A stretch of 42,449 bases of DNA from a virus. Lineage: Duplodnaviria > Caudoviricetes. Location of the stretch: IMG/VR virus record IMGVR_UViG_3300030207_000811, positions 1-42,449 of that record; one strand, written 5' to 3'. Below, piece after piece: positions 33,087-42,449 of this stretch (position 1 is its first letter; every line of letters starts with the position of its first letter). The notes under the pieces were generated by a model that worked only from the letters and a program-made list of their open reading frames with translations, ran no database searches and was not told the DNA's origin. The position numbers and the translations under genes are program-made.

Positions 33087-36000
33087 TTACCTGTTAAATA
33101 GTAAATCTATTTTTTGTTCTGTTGTCAAGTTATTAAATACACTTCTATTACCTTGATTTGTATTAACTATATTTATGTTTGGTGCTGCCGTACCAAACAC
33201 TGACGTAGGTGTTGCAGGTGAGTCTTGCATAATAGGTAGTAAAGGATTTTCAAACACAGGAAACTCTGCGTTTAATAAACTTATGTTTGACATTTGATCT
33301 GCTAAGTTTTGTATAACTTCATCTGCTCTTTCATATGGATTAGGTACACCAAGTCTTAAAGCATTTTCTTCAAATGCTTTTTCTACTTCTCTTGATGGAA
33401 CAAAAGGTCTAAACTGATCTTCTAATAAAGCATTTATATCTCTGTTAGATAATCTTTCACCCAATGCATTTAGAGTTCTGTCTTCGTTTAATCCTAAAGT
33501 TTGTGCAAAGTCTATATTATTTGACATATCTTTTCTTACTTGAAACAAAGCTCTGTTAGCATTTAAATATGCGTCTACAATTTCTCTTGGTTCTATTGGT
33601 CCACCTCGTAAAGTTTCTCTAGTAAAAAGCGATCTAGCATTTCTAGTTCCTTTTTGATAGTCAGCTATTTTAAATTTTAAAGTTCTTTCAGGATTTACGT
33701 TTACTGCTCTAAAACCAAACAGTCCTGCAAACTCATCACCAAACTCAAATGTTTCTCCATACTTGTCAAACTCTGCATTTTTTCCACGCATTAAAACATC
33801 TACAGGTTTAATTGATTGATCAAGTCTTTTTAATTGTTGATATGAAAAAGGCATAAGAGCTTTTACTAAATGATTCATTATCTTACTTGCTTTGTCACCG
33901 TCTGTATCTAGTTCATTATAAACTTGAAAACCATCTCTGGTTCTACCACCTCTAGATACAATATCTAATACTGCTTCTGACCATATAGATTCTGAAACAA
34001 ATGGCTGACCAAACTCTTTCATTGCATTAAACGTACCAACAAGAAAGTCGTTCATGATTCCATCTTGATCTGTTCTGCCATCGGCTACAGCATTTATTAC
34101 GTTTTGTATTGGTCTTGTTAAGGTATCGTAAGCATTAGCATGACTAAAATCTACATATTTAAAATTACCGTTCTTATCTTTAATAGGTAGAATAGTAGAA
34201 TTTCTAGACCATGGAGCTACAAAATTACGTAATGCTTCTCTTTCTTCTTTTGTTACATCGTATATCGCTGCAAAAGCTTCAGCTGTTGCATACGGCACAG
34301 CTGCTACAGTAGTTCCAAAACCAAACAATCTAGTGTATCCTATGTTTTGAAAAGGTTTTACTACAGTTCCATCAGCTAATTCGATTGTTTCATTTATCTC
34401 TCTTAGTGCACGTCTTACAATATTTGTACCTGTTCTAGCTATCTCTGCTGGGAACGATACAAAGTTACCAATAGGTAGTTTTCTTAAACTTTTTATAAAT
34501 TCAGGAACATAATCATAGTTAGGTATATTGTTTTTAACTATGTCTGCAGCTTCTTGTTCTAAAAATTCTTCTGTTAATCTTACTTCTTGTCCGTTTCTTT
34601 TAAAGAATTGCCCTCTTACTATACCAACTTTTTCAAAGTTTTTTTCAAGTCTAGATTTTTCCATGGCCCATGATGCTATTTTCCAGAAGTCATCTTCTGC
34701 TGTGTATAGATCTTGTGATACAGATTTTAATTTTGATAATGGTTTTAACAACATTCTTAGACCTTTGTCGGACGTCATTGTTTCACCAAAGTTTACATCT
34801 TCAAGCAATCTGGTTAGATCTCCAAGTCTTACGTTAGAGTTTACAACACCTAGTTTTAAGAGTTTTTCATACAATTCATTTTGTTGTCTTGTTCCTTTTA
34901 ATGGTGTTTGTAATGCTTGATATGCATTTTTAATAGCAGTGCCGTCAGGTATAATACCATTGGCTGTTGCAAATGCAGCAGCACTTACAAAGTTTCTAAC
35001 ATGTGTTACTGGTGATAAAATTGTTTTTGCTATTTGTGATAGACCTTTTGGATATAAAACTAAACTTTGATATAGTTGACCTAACATACCAGCTTTATCA
35101 AAAGAAAGAGATGTTGCTTCTAACGCGTCAGCCATACCAGGTGTTGTATATAATTCGTTAAGAGGATTTACACTTCCACCTTTTGCTGCAACACTTAATG
35201 TTTTAGCTTGATCAATTCTTATTTGTTTAAAGTCATCACCAAAAAATTGAAGAGCTTCATCTTGATTTTTAGCAAACATAGGAGTCTTGCCTGCTGCTTT
35301 TAGTTCTTCTGATTTTTTTATTAATTCATCAAAAAATAAATTTCTTCTTGTAATCATGGATAACTTAGCTGTGCCACCAAGTATAGTTTGCATTGGGTTT
35401 GTTTGTTTACCCAGTAGTCTTTCAAATACTTGTCTATCTCCTTCTTTAATAGCACCTGCTGATACTAACGCAGAACCTCTATTTGTTACCACTTCGTCTA
35501 ACGTAGTTCTGTTTACAAAAAAATTAGGCACTTCAAATATAGCATCAGAAGGTTTGTCCATTCTAATACCTTTAGGAAGTCTAGCTGTTTTTAATACTCT
35601 AGATACGGCTTGTTCTGCTTGAAGGTCAGTCATCTCCTCACCAGCTTCTCTTGCACTAGCGATGAAAACTTCTTTTGCTTCATCAATTGCTTGTCTTGAT
35701 GGTGTGTATCTTAGCCAAGGTAGTATACTTTGATTTTGAAATATATCGTACGTAGACCCAAGATAGTTTTTAAACTTGTTACCAAATAATTTTTTAAATT
35801 CTTGTATTTCGTTTTGTCCTAATGATCTTCCTAATTTAGAAAACAAGTTTGACCATTTAGTTCTTATGCTAGATAGGTTACCTAATATGTCTGTGATGAT
35901 TTGATTATCTACATTTAAATCTTTTAATTTTTTTACTAATGCATCTTTCTTTGTTTCATCTAGTTTACCAAATGTTGCTACACCTTGATCATTTAGTTCA

Positions 36001-36944
36001 GCTTTACCTGATAGAAGAAGATCATTAATTTCTGATAGCAATTTATTTCTATCTTTAGCAGCTGCTTGATTAAATACAGTTTTCATTGGAGAAAATATTT
36101 TGTCAATGTTTTGATCTAATTCTCTAGATATGTTTCTAGCAGCCGCAGCATCTGAAGCTCTTTCACCTATTGATGTTCTTTCTATATCAAAAAATTCTTG
36201 AGTCTTACCACTTCTTGCCCTGAACCCCGATGCAATTTTATCTATAAATCTATCTAGTTTAGAGTTTGCTACATCTAATTGTTTGTTTCTATTTGTAAGT
36301 TTTTTTATTAAACTACCTGTGCCCCCTATGACACCGGTAAACAAAGCTCCTTCTGTACCAAACTTAACTCTATTTAAAAGATCTCTTGCAGGATCGTCGT
36401 CGGTTCCTCTTTCAATCTGTGTTGGACCACCAACTAAATCTCCTAATGAACCAATTTGTTCTACGTCACCAACAAAAATACCTTCTGCTGCACCACCACC
36501 AATAGCTCCTGCGATAAATTTATTTGTCTTACCTCTTGCATTTAGTTCTGCAGCTTTTCTAGCTGCATCGTTAAGAGGCACCGAGTTAGCTTTAAAATAC
36601 TTACCACCTCTCGCAGCTCTCATTGCATCATCAGCCATGGCTGCACCAACTTTAAAACCTTTTACTGCTGGTAGACCTATGTTAACTAATGCCTCTGTAA
36701 TCTGTCCGGCAGCTGTAGCTTCTGCTTTCTCATCAAATTCTGTAAGATCGTCAAAAAATGCTTCTACCTTTGCAGCTCTACCCTTATCTACTCCGAGATC
36801 CATAAGAGTTGCACCCAAAGAAAAGAAACCTTTAGGTATAGAAATTAAACCAGATGCAACACCAGATAATACAGACTCAATAGTTCCTACTGAGTTGTTT
36901 CTACTATCGTTTCTACTATCGTAAGAGTCAAATATAGAGGCCAT
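33087..36944 (-). CDS. large internal virion (ejection) protein
   Basis: 1285 aa, last of a series of Gly/Ala-rich genes after the tail genes; SPVTHVRN motif. Confidence 0.65.
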   Translation of the reverse strand: MASIFDSYDSRNDSRNNSVGTIESVLSGVASGLISIPKGFFSLGATLMDLGVDKGRAAKVEAFFDDLTEFDEKAEATAAGQITEALVNIGLPAVKGFKVGAAMADDAMRAARGGKYFKANSVPLNDAARKAAELNARGKTNKFIAGAIGGGAAEGIFVGDVEQIGSLGDLVGGPTQIERGTDDDPARDLLNRVKFGTEGALFTGVIGGTGSLIKKLTNRNKQLDVANSKLDRFIDKIASGFRARSGKTQEFFDIERTSIGERASDAAAARNISRELDQNIDKIFSPMKTVFNQAAAKDRNKLLSEINDLLLSGKAELNDQGVATFGKLDETKKDALVKKLKDLNVDNQIITDILGNLSSIRTKWSNLFSKLGRSLGQNEIQEFKKLFGNKFKNYLGSTYDIFQNQSILPWLRYTPSRQAIDEAKEVFIASAREAGEEMTDLQAEQAVSRVLKTARLPKGIRMDKPSDAIFEVPNFFVNRTTLDEVVTNRGSALVSAGAIKEGDRQVFERLLGKQTNPMQTILGGTAKLSMITRRNLFFDELIKKSEELKAAGKTPMFAKNQDEALQFFGDDFKQIRIDQAKTLSVAAKGGSVNPLNELYTTPGMADALEATSLSFDKAGMLGQLYQSLVLYPKGLSQIAKTILSPVTHVRNFVSAAAFATANGIIPDGTAIKNAYQALQTPLKGTRQQNELYEKLLKLGVVNSNVRLGDLTRLLEDVNFGETMTSDKGLRMLLKPLSKLKSVSQDLYTAEDDFWKIASWAMEKSRLEKNFEKVGIVRGQFFKRNGQEVRLTEEFLEQEAADIVKNNIPNYDYVPEFIKSLRKLPIGNFVSFPAEIARTGTNIVRRALREINETIELADGTVVKPFQNIGYTRLFGFGTTVAAVPYATAEAFAAIYDVTKEEREALRNFVAPWSRNSTILPIKDKNGNFKYVDFSHANAYDTLTRPIQNVINAVADGRTDQDGIMNDFLVGTFNAMKEFGQPFVSESIWSEAVLDIVSRGGRTRDGFQVYNELDTDGDKASKIMNHLVKALMPFSYQQLKRLDQSIKPVDVLMRGKNAEFDKYGETFEFGDEFAGLFGFRAVNVNPERTLKFKIADYQKGTRNARSLFTRETLRGGPIEPREIVDAYLNANRALFQVRKDMSNNIDFAQTLGLNEDRTLNALGERLSNRDINALLEDQFRPFVPSREVEKAFEENALRLGVPNPYERADEVIQNLADQMSNISLLNAEFPVFENPLLPIMQDSPATPTSVFGTAAPNINIVNTNQGNRSVFNNLTTEQKIDLLFNR

Positions 36945-36952
36945 TTATCCTC

Positions 36953-38263
36953 CTATAAACGTCTAGATATGTTGCCTTGAGCGTCAATAATAAATATAGA
37001 ATCACTGATTACATAATAACCTGGAGGAGTAGGAGTACCTTCTTTTCTAGCTACTTCTATTTGTTCTTTTAAAAATACTTCTTCATCTACACCTTGTGGG
37101 ACTTTTGTAGAATCTATTACTGTAGCATCGTTACCTGTTTTAACTTTGAAAAGAACTGCAAGATCCCTACCTTTTGGAGCATTTTCTTTTATTGTAGCCT
37201 CTGCTACTGCTTCTTCAAAAGTATCTCCCTCTAATTGTTTCTTACGCACTGCTAGTGTTGATTCTTTTACTCTTCTATCTAGATCGTCTTTCTCTCTGTT
37301 AATATCTTTTGTAATTTCTGCCTTGAGGATTGCAGCATCAATAGCATCTTTAGTTTTATCAGGTTTATCAAACGCTTTACTAACACTAGAAATTAATCTA
37401 GATTGTAAATCTCCAGATCTTAATCCTTCTTTAAGTGTAATACCTTCTCTATTTAAATTAGCTAGATCTTGACTAGCTGCGATTAAAGCGTCTCCTGTAG
37501 CTCTCTTAGTTAGTTTATCTATTTCCATGATGTCATAGTATTTTTTCTTTAAAGCTTCTCTTTGTTCGTTTTCTGTAAGTGTAGGAGTTCCCTCTCCTTC
37601 TTGTTTTTTATTAGGATCATTATAAAACATATCTGGATCTCCACCTCCCGGTGCTCCAGAAGTGCCGCCAACAGTTGAATCTGGTGGTGGTGGCGTTTCT
37701 TCTCCGTCTTTGTTAAAATATTGTCCTGCAAGATATAAACCTGTTACTGCTCCTGTAGGATTGTATACTAGTCTAGCTCCTGATGCTAAAAGACCTTTTG
37801 CTTTAGGGTTTGTAATACCTCTATATATTCCAGATGCTAACATAAAAGTAGGATCGTTTCTAAAAAACGGTCTAGTTTCATAGATAGAACCAACCTGTTC
37901 TTTATTAACAGTGTCTTTAGCAGTTTTTATTACTTTTGGTTTTAAACCTAATTTTTTACCGCCTTCAGATTGTGCTATTCTTATTGGAGTATAAGGAGCT
38001 GGTTTTTGTGTTTGAAATATATTTCTAAATCCTTGTGTTATTCGTGGTATCAAAGACGGAGCTGCTCTAGTTGCACCTACTCTTGCTGCAGTTCCACCTA
38101 TACCAAAAAGAGGTGCTAAAAATGCAAGAGGGCCAGCATATCCTGGTCTACTACCATCTGCAGCTGGTTGAACTAGTTGTTGCGGCTTATCTTTCATACC
38201 AGACATAATACCCTCTTTAATAGGGCCGCCTGTTTTAAACATAGGTCTATTTAATGGTCTCAT
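36953..38263 (-). CDS. putative internal virion protein
   Basis: 436 aa, starts MRPLNRPMFKTGG, amphipathic segments. Confidence 0.55.
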   Translation of the reverse strand: MRPLNRPMFKTGGPIKEGIMSGMKDKPQQLVQPAADGSRPGYAGPLAFLAPLFGIGGTAARVGATRAAPSLIPRITQGFRNIFQTQKPAPYTPIRIAQSEGGKKLGLKPKVIKTAKDTVNKEQVGSIYETRPFFRNDPTFMLASGIYRGITNPKAKGLLASGARLVYNPTGAVTGLYLAGQYFNKDGEETPPPPDSTVGGTSGAPGGGDPDMFYNDPNKKQEGEGTPTLTENEQREALKKKYYDIMEIDKLTKRATGDALIAASQDLANLNREGITLKEGLRSGDLQSRLISSVSKAFDKPDKTKDAIDAAILKAEITKDINREKDDLDRRVKESTLAVRKKQLEGDTFEEAVAEATIKENAPKGRDLAVLFKVKTGNDATVIDSTKVPQGVDEEVFLKEQIEVARKEGTPTPPGYYVISDSIFIIDAQGNISRRL

Positions 38264-38266
38264 GCT

Positions 38267-39127
38267 CTACCCAAATATTTTACTGTACAATCCACCAACA
38301 CCAAGAGCTGTTTGAAGTGCAGTCGTAAATGGACTACTTACAGGTTGGTCTTGATATTGGAATCCTGGAGTCGCTCCAGATAATCCAGTTATTGCGGATC
38401 CGTATTGTTGTAATCTTCCGTATGGTTCGTAAGCTCCAGTTCTTGCTGCTTGTTGATCTGCGCTTAATTGAGCTTGAGTCATTCCTTGTCTTAGTGCACC
38501 AAGTCCACCAAGAGCTTGAATGTCTGCACCCATTGATTGTCTACCAAAGTTAGAAAGATTTGCAAATTGCCCTGGTAATGCACCTTGCATTTGAGCAATG
38601 TTGCCTTGTTGACCAAATCTTTGTGCAGCTAATTGCTGTGCTTGATTAAATCCTTGTTGTAACAAACCTGCCCTGATCCCCGCTCTGTTGGCAAGTGTAT
38701 CGGCATCGTACTGTCCTAACAATGCTCCTTCTCTACCACCACCAAAAGCTCCAGCTGTTACTGCAGCGTCTTGGATTGATTGTCTGCCACCAATTCTTGA
38801 TTGATCGTACTGTCGTAAAGTTTCATCTATTACGTCCGTTTGATATGGGGACATAAAAGGTTGATATGCTTGTGGTCCAGTGAGACCTCTTAAACCAGCT
38901 ATATCAGCTGCTTGTTGTGTTGTTGCCGCTGTCGCTGCTTGTAAAAAAGGTGCATAAGAGCCAACACCTGCTCGTGCTAAATTAATTGCTTGAGTCTGTA
39001 ACGGATCTTCGCCAGCAACAAACTGACGTCCGGTAAATTTAGTTGTGTCAATCGGTGCACTATACGTTGCCGTTGCCTGTTCGGCAAAATCTTTGGCTGT
39101 ATCTTGTAAATAATCTGGTAATGCCAT
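38267..39127 (-). CDS. Gln/Ala/Gly-rich DNA-ejection protein (putative)
   Basis: FMSPYQ..V, AGAFGG.R, Gln-rich helices. Confidence 0.6.
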   Translation of the reverse strand: MALPDYLQDTAKDFAEQATATYSAPIDTTKFTGRQFVAGEDPLQTQAINLARAGVGSYAPFLQAATAATTQQAADIAGLRGLTGPQAYQPFMSPYQTDVIDETLRQYDQSRIGGRQSIQDAAVTAGAFGGGREGALLGQYDADTLANRAGIRAGLLQQGFNQAQQLAAQRFGQQGNIAQMQGALPGQFANLSNFGRQSMGADIQALGGLGALRQGMTQAQLSADQQAARTGAYEPYGRLQQYGSAITGLSGATPGFQYQDQPVSSPFTTALQTALGVGGLYSKIFG

Positions 39128-40098
39128 TATGCTATTCTACTCTCCAACATTTGTGTTTGTTCGAACATCTCTTGTGCAGGATTCATACCCTGAGACTCTT
39201 CAGATATCATACCACCTGCTTCTAAATTGTCCATCATGTTTTGCATAACTTCAGCGCCTTTGTCTATATCGCCACCGCCTGCATTTCTTACAGCCTCAGC
39301 TGTAAATACAAATTCGTTTTTACTTAGTCTTGCTGGTACATCGTCTGCTCTTTCTTCTCTTCCAAGATCAACAAAACCACCAGTGTTTCTAAAATCTTTT
39401 TCTTGTCCACCAAGATCCATGATACCACCTTCTTGTTTTTTTACTCTTACAGTTTCTCCACCACTAGGGTAGTTAAACTTATTAGTTCCTGGAGGTGTTT
39501 CATAACCAGGTACATCGGCTAATCCACCACCAGCAGCGTAAAAGTTACGTTGAACAAATTCTCTACCAGGCATAAAAAATAAACCTGACTCTTGAGGTGA
39601 ATAACCTTGTTGGTACATCTGCATAGCTCTTTGTCTAATTGCATTTGGATCTAGTTGCTCTACAACTTCTTCTTCTTCGTCCTCACCGTCACCCATTAAA
39701 AATGGTGCAATTATACCCGCAGCTCCTAAACCTGTTAGTGCTGTTTTACCTAAACTAAATTTACCATCTGTAGAAAATAAACCAGCTAGTGGTCCGTCAA
39801 AAGCAAACTTTCCACCTTGCATACTACCAATACCTAGTCGTGACCCAAGACCTGATAATGAAAAACCACCAAGACCTTTACCACCTAAAAATTGTGGTAG
39901 TCCACCACCACCTAATCCATACAGAGCTGCGCCCGCTAAAGCTGCTTTACCTATAGGACTTTTAATTATTTTCTTAATTGGTTTAGTAATTTTTTTAACA
40001 AGCTTACCTAAAAAATACCCTTGTCTAGGGTCTTGTAATGACGTAATTCCGCCACTTTCATATAATTCTCTGGGTAGTTGCATTCTAGAAATTGCCAT
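39127..40098 (-). CDS. putative internal virion protein (ADDVPARLSKNEFV motif)
   Basis: 323 aa, Gly-rich, multiple xxGG motifs. Confidence 0.6.
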   Translation of the reverse strand: MAISRMQLPRELYESGGITSLQDPRQGYFLGKLVKKITKPIKKIIKSPIGKAALAGAALYGLGGGGLPQFLGGKGLGGFSLSGLGSRLGIGSMQGGKFAFDGPLAGLFSTDGKFSLGKTALTGLGAAGIIAPFLMGDGEDEEEEVVEQLDPNAIRQRAMQMYQQGYSPQESGLFFMPGREFVQRNFYAAGGGLADVPGYETPPGTNKFNYPSGGETVRVKKQEGGIMDLGGQEKDFRNTGGFVDLGREERADDVPARLSKNEFVFTAEAVRNAGGGDIDKGAEVMQNMMDNLEAGGMISEESQGMNPAQEMFEQTQMLESRIA

Positions 40099-40120
40099 AT
40101 TTTAACCTCAATCCCTCGTT

Positions 40121-40321
40121 TTACTTTGTTTTTCCGAACAAATCAAGTCTAGGCATTACCACGTTTACGTCTCTTCTTATGTCAGTTTCTGGTATATTTT
40201 TAGCTTTCCATTCTTCTTCAGAAGCGTAGACCTCTCCAGTCTTAACATTACTAATTTTTGTGGTAACTTTTGTTGGTTCAATTACCGGAACCTCTTGACC
40301 GTTTACGATTGTTTTTTTCAT
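40121..40321 (-). CDS. hypothetical protein
   Basis: 66 aa, TAATG coupling. Confidence 0.7.
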   Translation of the reverse strand: MKKTIVNGQEVPVIEPTKVTTKISNVKTGEVYASEEEWKAKNIPETDIRRDVNVVMPRLDLFGKTK

Positions 40322-40674
40322 TAGTCTATTGTCTCCTTGTTTATGTTCATATAACTAATACCTATTGTTACAGAATCTGTAGAACTCATTGTAACTTTTA
40401 AAGCTGTGCTGCCCTCTACGATTAAAGGCAGAGTAAGTATTTCAGTGCTAGAATTTGCAGCTAAAGTCTGTGTGTTTACTATGTTAAAAGTATTGTTTTT
40501 AATTGTTATTGTTGGTGTGTTACCTGTATTATTTGTAACTCTAAAAGATTTAATAATATAAGTTTGATTTATTGTGGGTAATTGAGTGCCAGCAGCATTT
40601 GTACCAAACATAGCTGTTTCTGCAGTTGTAGCTAAATTTACTCCAAAGAATTTAAATTGATTTACTGTAGCCAT
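40321..40674 (-). CDS. small beta-rich virion protein (putative)
   Basis: 117 aa, Thr-rich. Confidence 0.6.
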   Translation of the reverse strand: MATVNQFKFFGVNLATTAETAMFGTNAAGTQLPTINQTYIIKSFRVTNNTGNTPTITIKNNTFNIVNTQTLAANSSTEILTLPLIVEGSTALKVTMSSTDSVTIGISYMNINKETID

Positions 40675-40841
40675 TATGAATCTAAAAAGAAACTTCTTGC
40701 TTCTATCTCTTGTTTTAACTCATCTTGAAAAGATGAATTTAGTTTTGTTATAACACCATCCAAATCTCTAACTAAAGATTGAAAAGTTCTTTCTTCATAT
40801 TCTTTACTTGCTCTTGTTAATGATTGTACAATTTTAGCCAT
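40674..40841 (-). CDS. 55-aa hypothetical protein
   Basis: Manual translation MAKIVQSLTRASKEYEERTFQSLVRDLDGVITKLNSSFQDELKQEIEARSFFLDS; fills the gap with coupled ends. Confidence 0.7.
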   Translation of the reverse strand: MAKIVQSLTRASKEYEERTFQSLVRDLDGVITKLNSSFQDELKQEIEARSFFLDS

Positions 40842-42003
40842 ATAATATACCTGCTAGTCCTCCTTCTTTAAATCCATATTGACCACCTCTTCTATCTTCT
40901 CGTGCAGAGTCAGATTGAGTATATCCACCGCCACCTACTCCAGATGTTTTAGCTGCAGATTCTGTTGTTACATCGCTTAGATTTCTGTCTGGTGGATCAT
41001 CTCTACCATAAGTTCCTGCATCTAATTGTCGTTGAATTTCTTCAGTTCTTTTTTTATTAGCCCTTATAATATCTGTATAACCAGTCTGGTCTTCAATATC
41101 TTTTAACTCTTGTAAACCTTGTTTATCATAATTGTATCTAAATAAATTCATTTTATTCATTTGATTAGCTTTAGCTGCTAATGCAGGATTGTTAACATTT
41201 ACAAAAGTATAGTTACCAAATTCGTCTTGAACTAATTTTGTATCACCATACCTATCTTGGAATAAATCACTTGAAAAATAGTCATCTAATTTGTCTATAT
41301 CTCTCTGTTGTTTTTCTGCATAATTACCAAAACCAGATCTTATATTTCTACCAAAAATATCTTTACTTCCTCCAGTAGTGTTTTCTCCAAATACAGTTGG
41401 TCCAGTGTATCCCATTTTACTTTGTGTATAGATTTGTTGAGGCATTGTCATTTTATCGTAATAACTATCAGGCAGCACTGCTTGAAGAATACCTGTTGCA
41501 CCAAAAGGTAATTGAGGTCTTACATCCAATGGATTTTCTACAGGATAGTTTCCAATACTTGTTTCGTCTGCTGCGTACTCTGCCATTGCTGCGTCTATTT
41601 CAGGTTTTGACATATTTGATGTTATGCCTATCTGTTTAAAGTCAGGACCTAATTGTGCCATGTTATATGCAGTTGCATCTCTCATCATTTGATCTACTGA
41701 TCTTTGTTGTGGAAAACCCATGTCATACATTTTTTGTGCAATAAAACTTGGGTTCTCTAAATTCTGTTGTCTCTTTTGTACAGCTGTACCAAAGTCTGCC
41801 ATTAATTGATTTGTAGGAAGAGATGAGATTCCACCACCTCCAATATTTTTTGTTGGAACGACGGGATTAACAATTAAATTTTCTACATCACCCTCATCTT
41901 CTTTTTCTAAATCATCCACAGTAGGAGGATTTAGCATATATTTTGATCGAGGCATGTATTCTAAATTTCTTACATTTCTATAATATTGATCTAAAGGTGA
42001 CAT
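40834..42003 (-). CDS. hypothetical protein, probable virion protein
   Basis: 389 aa ending FKEGGLAGILYG. Confidence 0.6.
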   Translation of the reverse strand: MSPLDQYYRNVRNLEYMPRSKYMLNPPTVDDLEKEDEGDVENLIVNPVVPTKNIGGGGISSLPTNQLMADFGTAVQKRQQNLENPSFIAQKMYDMGFPQQRSVDQMMRDATAYNMAQLGPDFKQIGITSNMSKPEIDAAMAEYAADETSIGNYPVENPLDVRPQLPFGATGILQAVLPDSYYDKMTMPQQIYTQSKMGYTGPTVFGENTTGGSKDIFGRNIRSGFGNYAEKQQRDIDKLDDYFSSDLFQDRYGDTKLVQDEFGNYTFVNVNNPALAAKANQMNKMNLFRYNYDKQGLQELKDIEDQTGYTDIIRANKKRTEEIQRQLDAGTYGRDDPPDRNLSDVTTESAAKTSGVGGGGYTQSDSAREDRRGGQYGFKEGGLAGILYG

Positions 42004-42449
42004 TATCTTCTCCCGTCTGGTTGTATGTCTAGTCTAAAAGTTCCTAACTTCCAGTCTTGTGACGTGCTAGTATTCTTCACGGTCATAGCAATAGATCTTG
42101 CACGAACGCGAGTATCTATTTTAGTCGTAGATGACGTCGTTGTAAAGGTTTGTGTTTTAGCAGAACTATTAGGAAAATCTCTTGTGGTAAAATCTATAGT
42201 CGTGGTTCCTACCTGTGAAATAAAGTCAGGTAAAAATCTACGTATTTTCATAATAAATTCACCATCTCCTCTAATATCTGGTGTCCCTACCGTCTGTCCT
42301 CTTGCTCTTCTTTGAGTAATATCAAAGTCACCAGAGGTTATAGTTCCAAGTATAGCAGTGGTTGTTCCTCCAGCTAAAACTTGATCGGTCCCTGTTTCGT
42401 GTTCATAGTATATTGTGCAACCATCAGTGTTTCCTGCAACATCATAAGA
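42003..42449 (-). CDS. tail/head-closure protein, P22 gp10-like (C-terminal part)
   Basis: Frame is open to the window edge; ends IDTRVRAR...WKLGTFRLDIQPDGRR. Confidence 0.65.
   Translation of the reverse strand, partial: SYDVAGNTDGCTIYYEHETGTDQVLAGGTTTAILGTITSGDFDITQRRARGQTVGTPDIRGDGEFIMKIRRFLPDFISQVGTTTIDFTTRDFPNSSAKTQTFTTTSSTTKIDTRVRARSIAMTVKNTSTSQDWKLGTFRLDIQPDGRR

Noticed and set aside
36283-36924. Long plus-strand ORFs antisense to structural genes (also 10843..11361, 34528..34920, 35287..35622, 37146..37472)
   Set aside because: Shadow frames of real minus-strand genes; Ser/Pro/Phe-rich with no recognisable motifs
1-42449. Alternative genetic code, integrase, RNA polymerase or diversity-generating retroelement
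   Set aside because: Core genes are intact in the standard code; no recombinase, RNA polymerase, reverse transcriptase or template/variable repeat pair was seen in the window

Overview
About 42 kb of an AT-rich dsDNA tailed-phage genome with podovirus-like gene content, coded mostly on the minus strand. Gene content and order resemble the abundant marine Pelagibacter (SAR11) phages of the HTVC023P / vSAG 37-F6 type; this is inferred from recognition, not from a search. Left arm: major capsid N-terminus, scaffold, GroES, a run of tiny Lys/Arg-rich genes, a 3-TM holin-like gene, portal, two internal-virion-like proteins and large terminase. Middle (13.4-18.9 kb): a control/early region with sigma70-like promoters, GC-rich palindromes, CAAGC arrays, a perfect Irr/ICE-type palindrome, two DnaA boxes, a gp88-like Cys-rich protein, a resolvase-like nuclease, an oppositely oriented small terminase and an iteron-like array. 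Next come nuclease, 2OG-Fe(II) oxygenase, LAGLIDADG and small genes, a candidate structured ncRNA, and the replication block (Pol A, DUF3310, UvrD-like helicase, primase, SSB-like, SNF2 helicase). The right arm holds an M15 endolysin and ejection/tail genes. Top unexplained signals: (1) a hydrophobic-x-x-Gly-Gly motif shared by about a dozen unrelated virion-module proteins, including a cluster of protamine-like micro-proteins; (2) a host iron-regulator (ICE) box upstream of a putative Fe-S gene; (3) a roughly 200-nt GC-rich structured intergenic RNA candidate.
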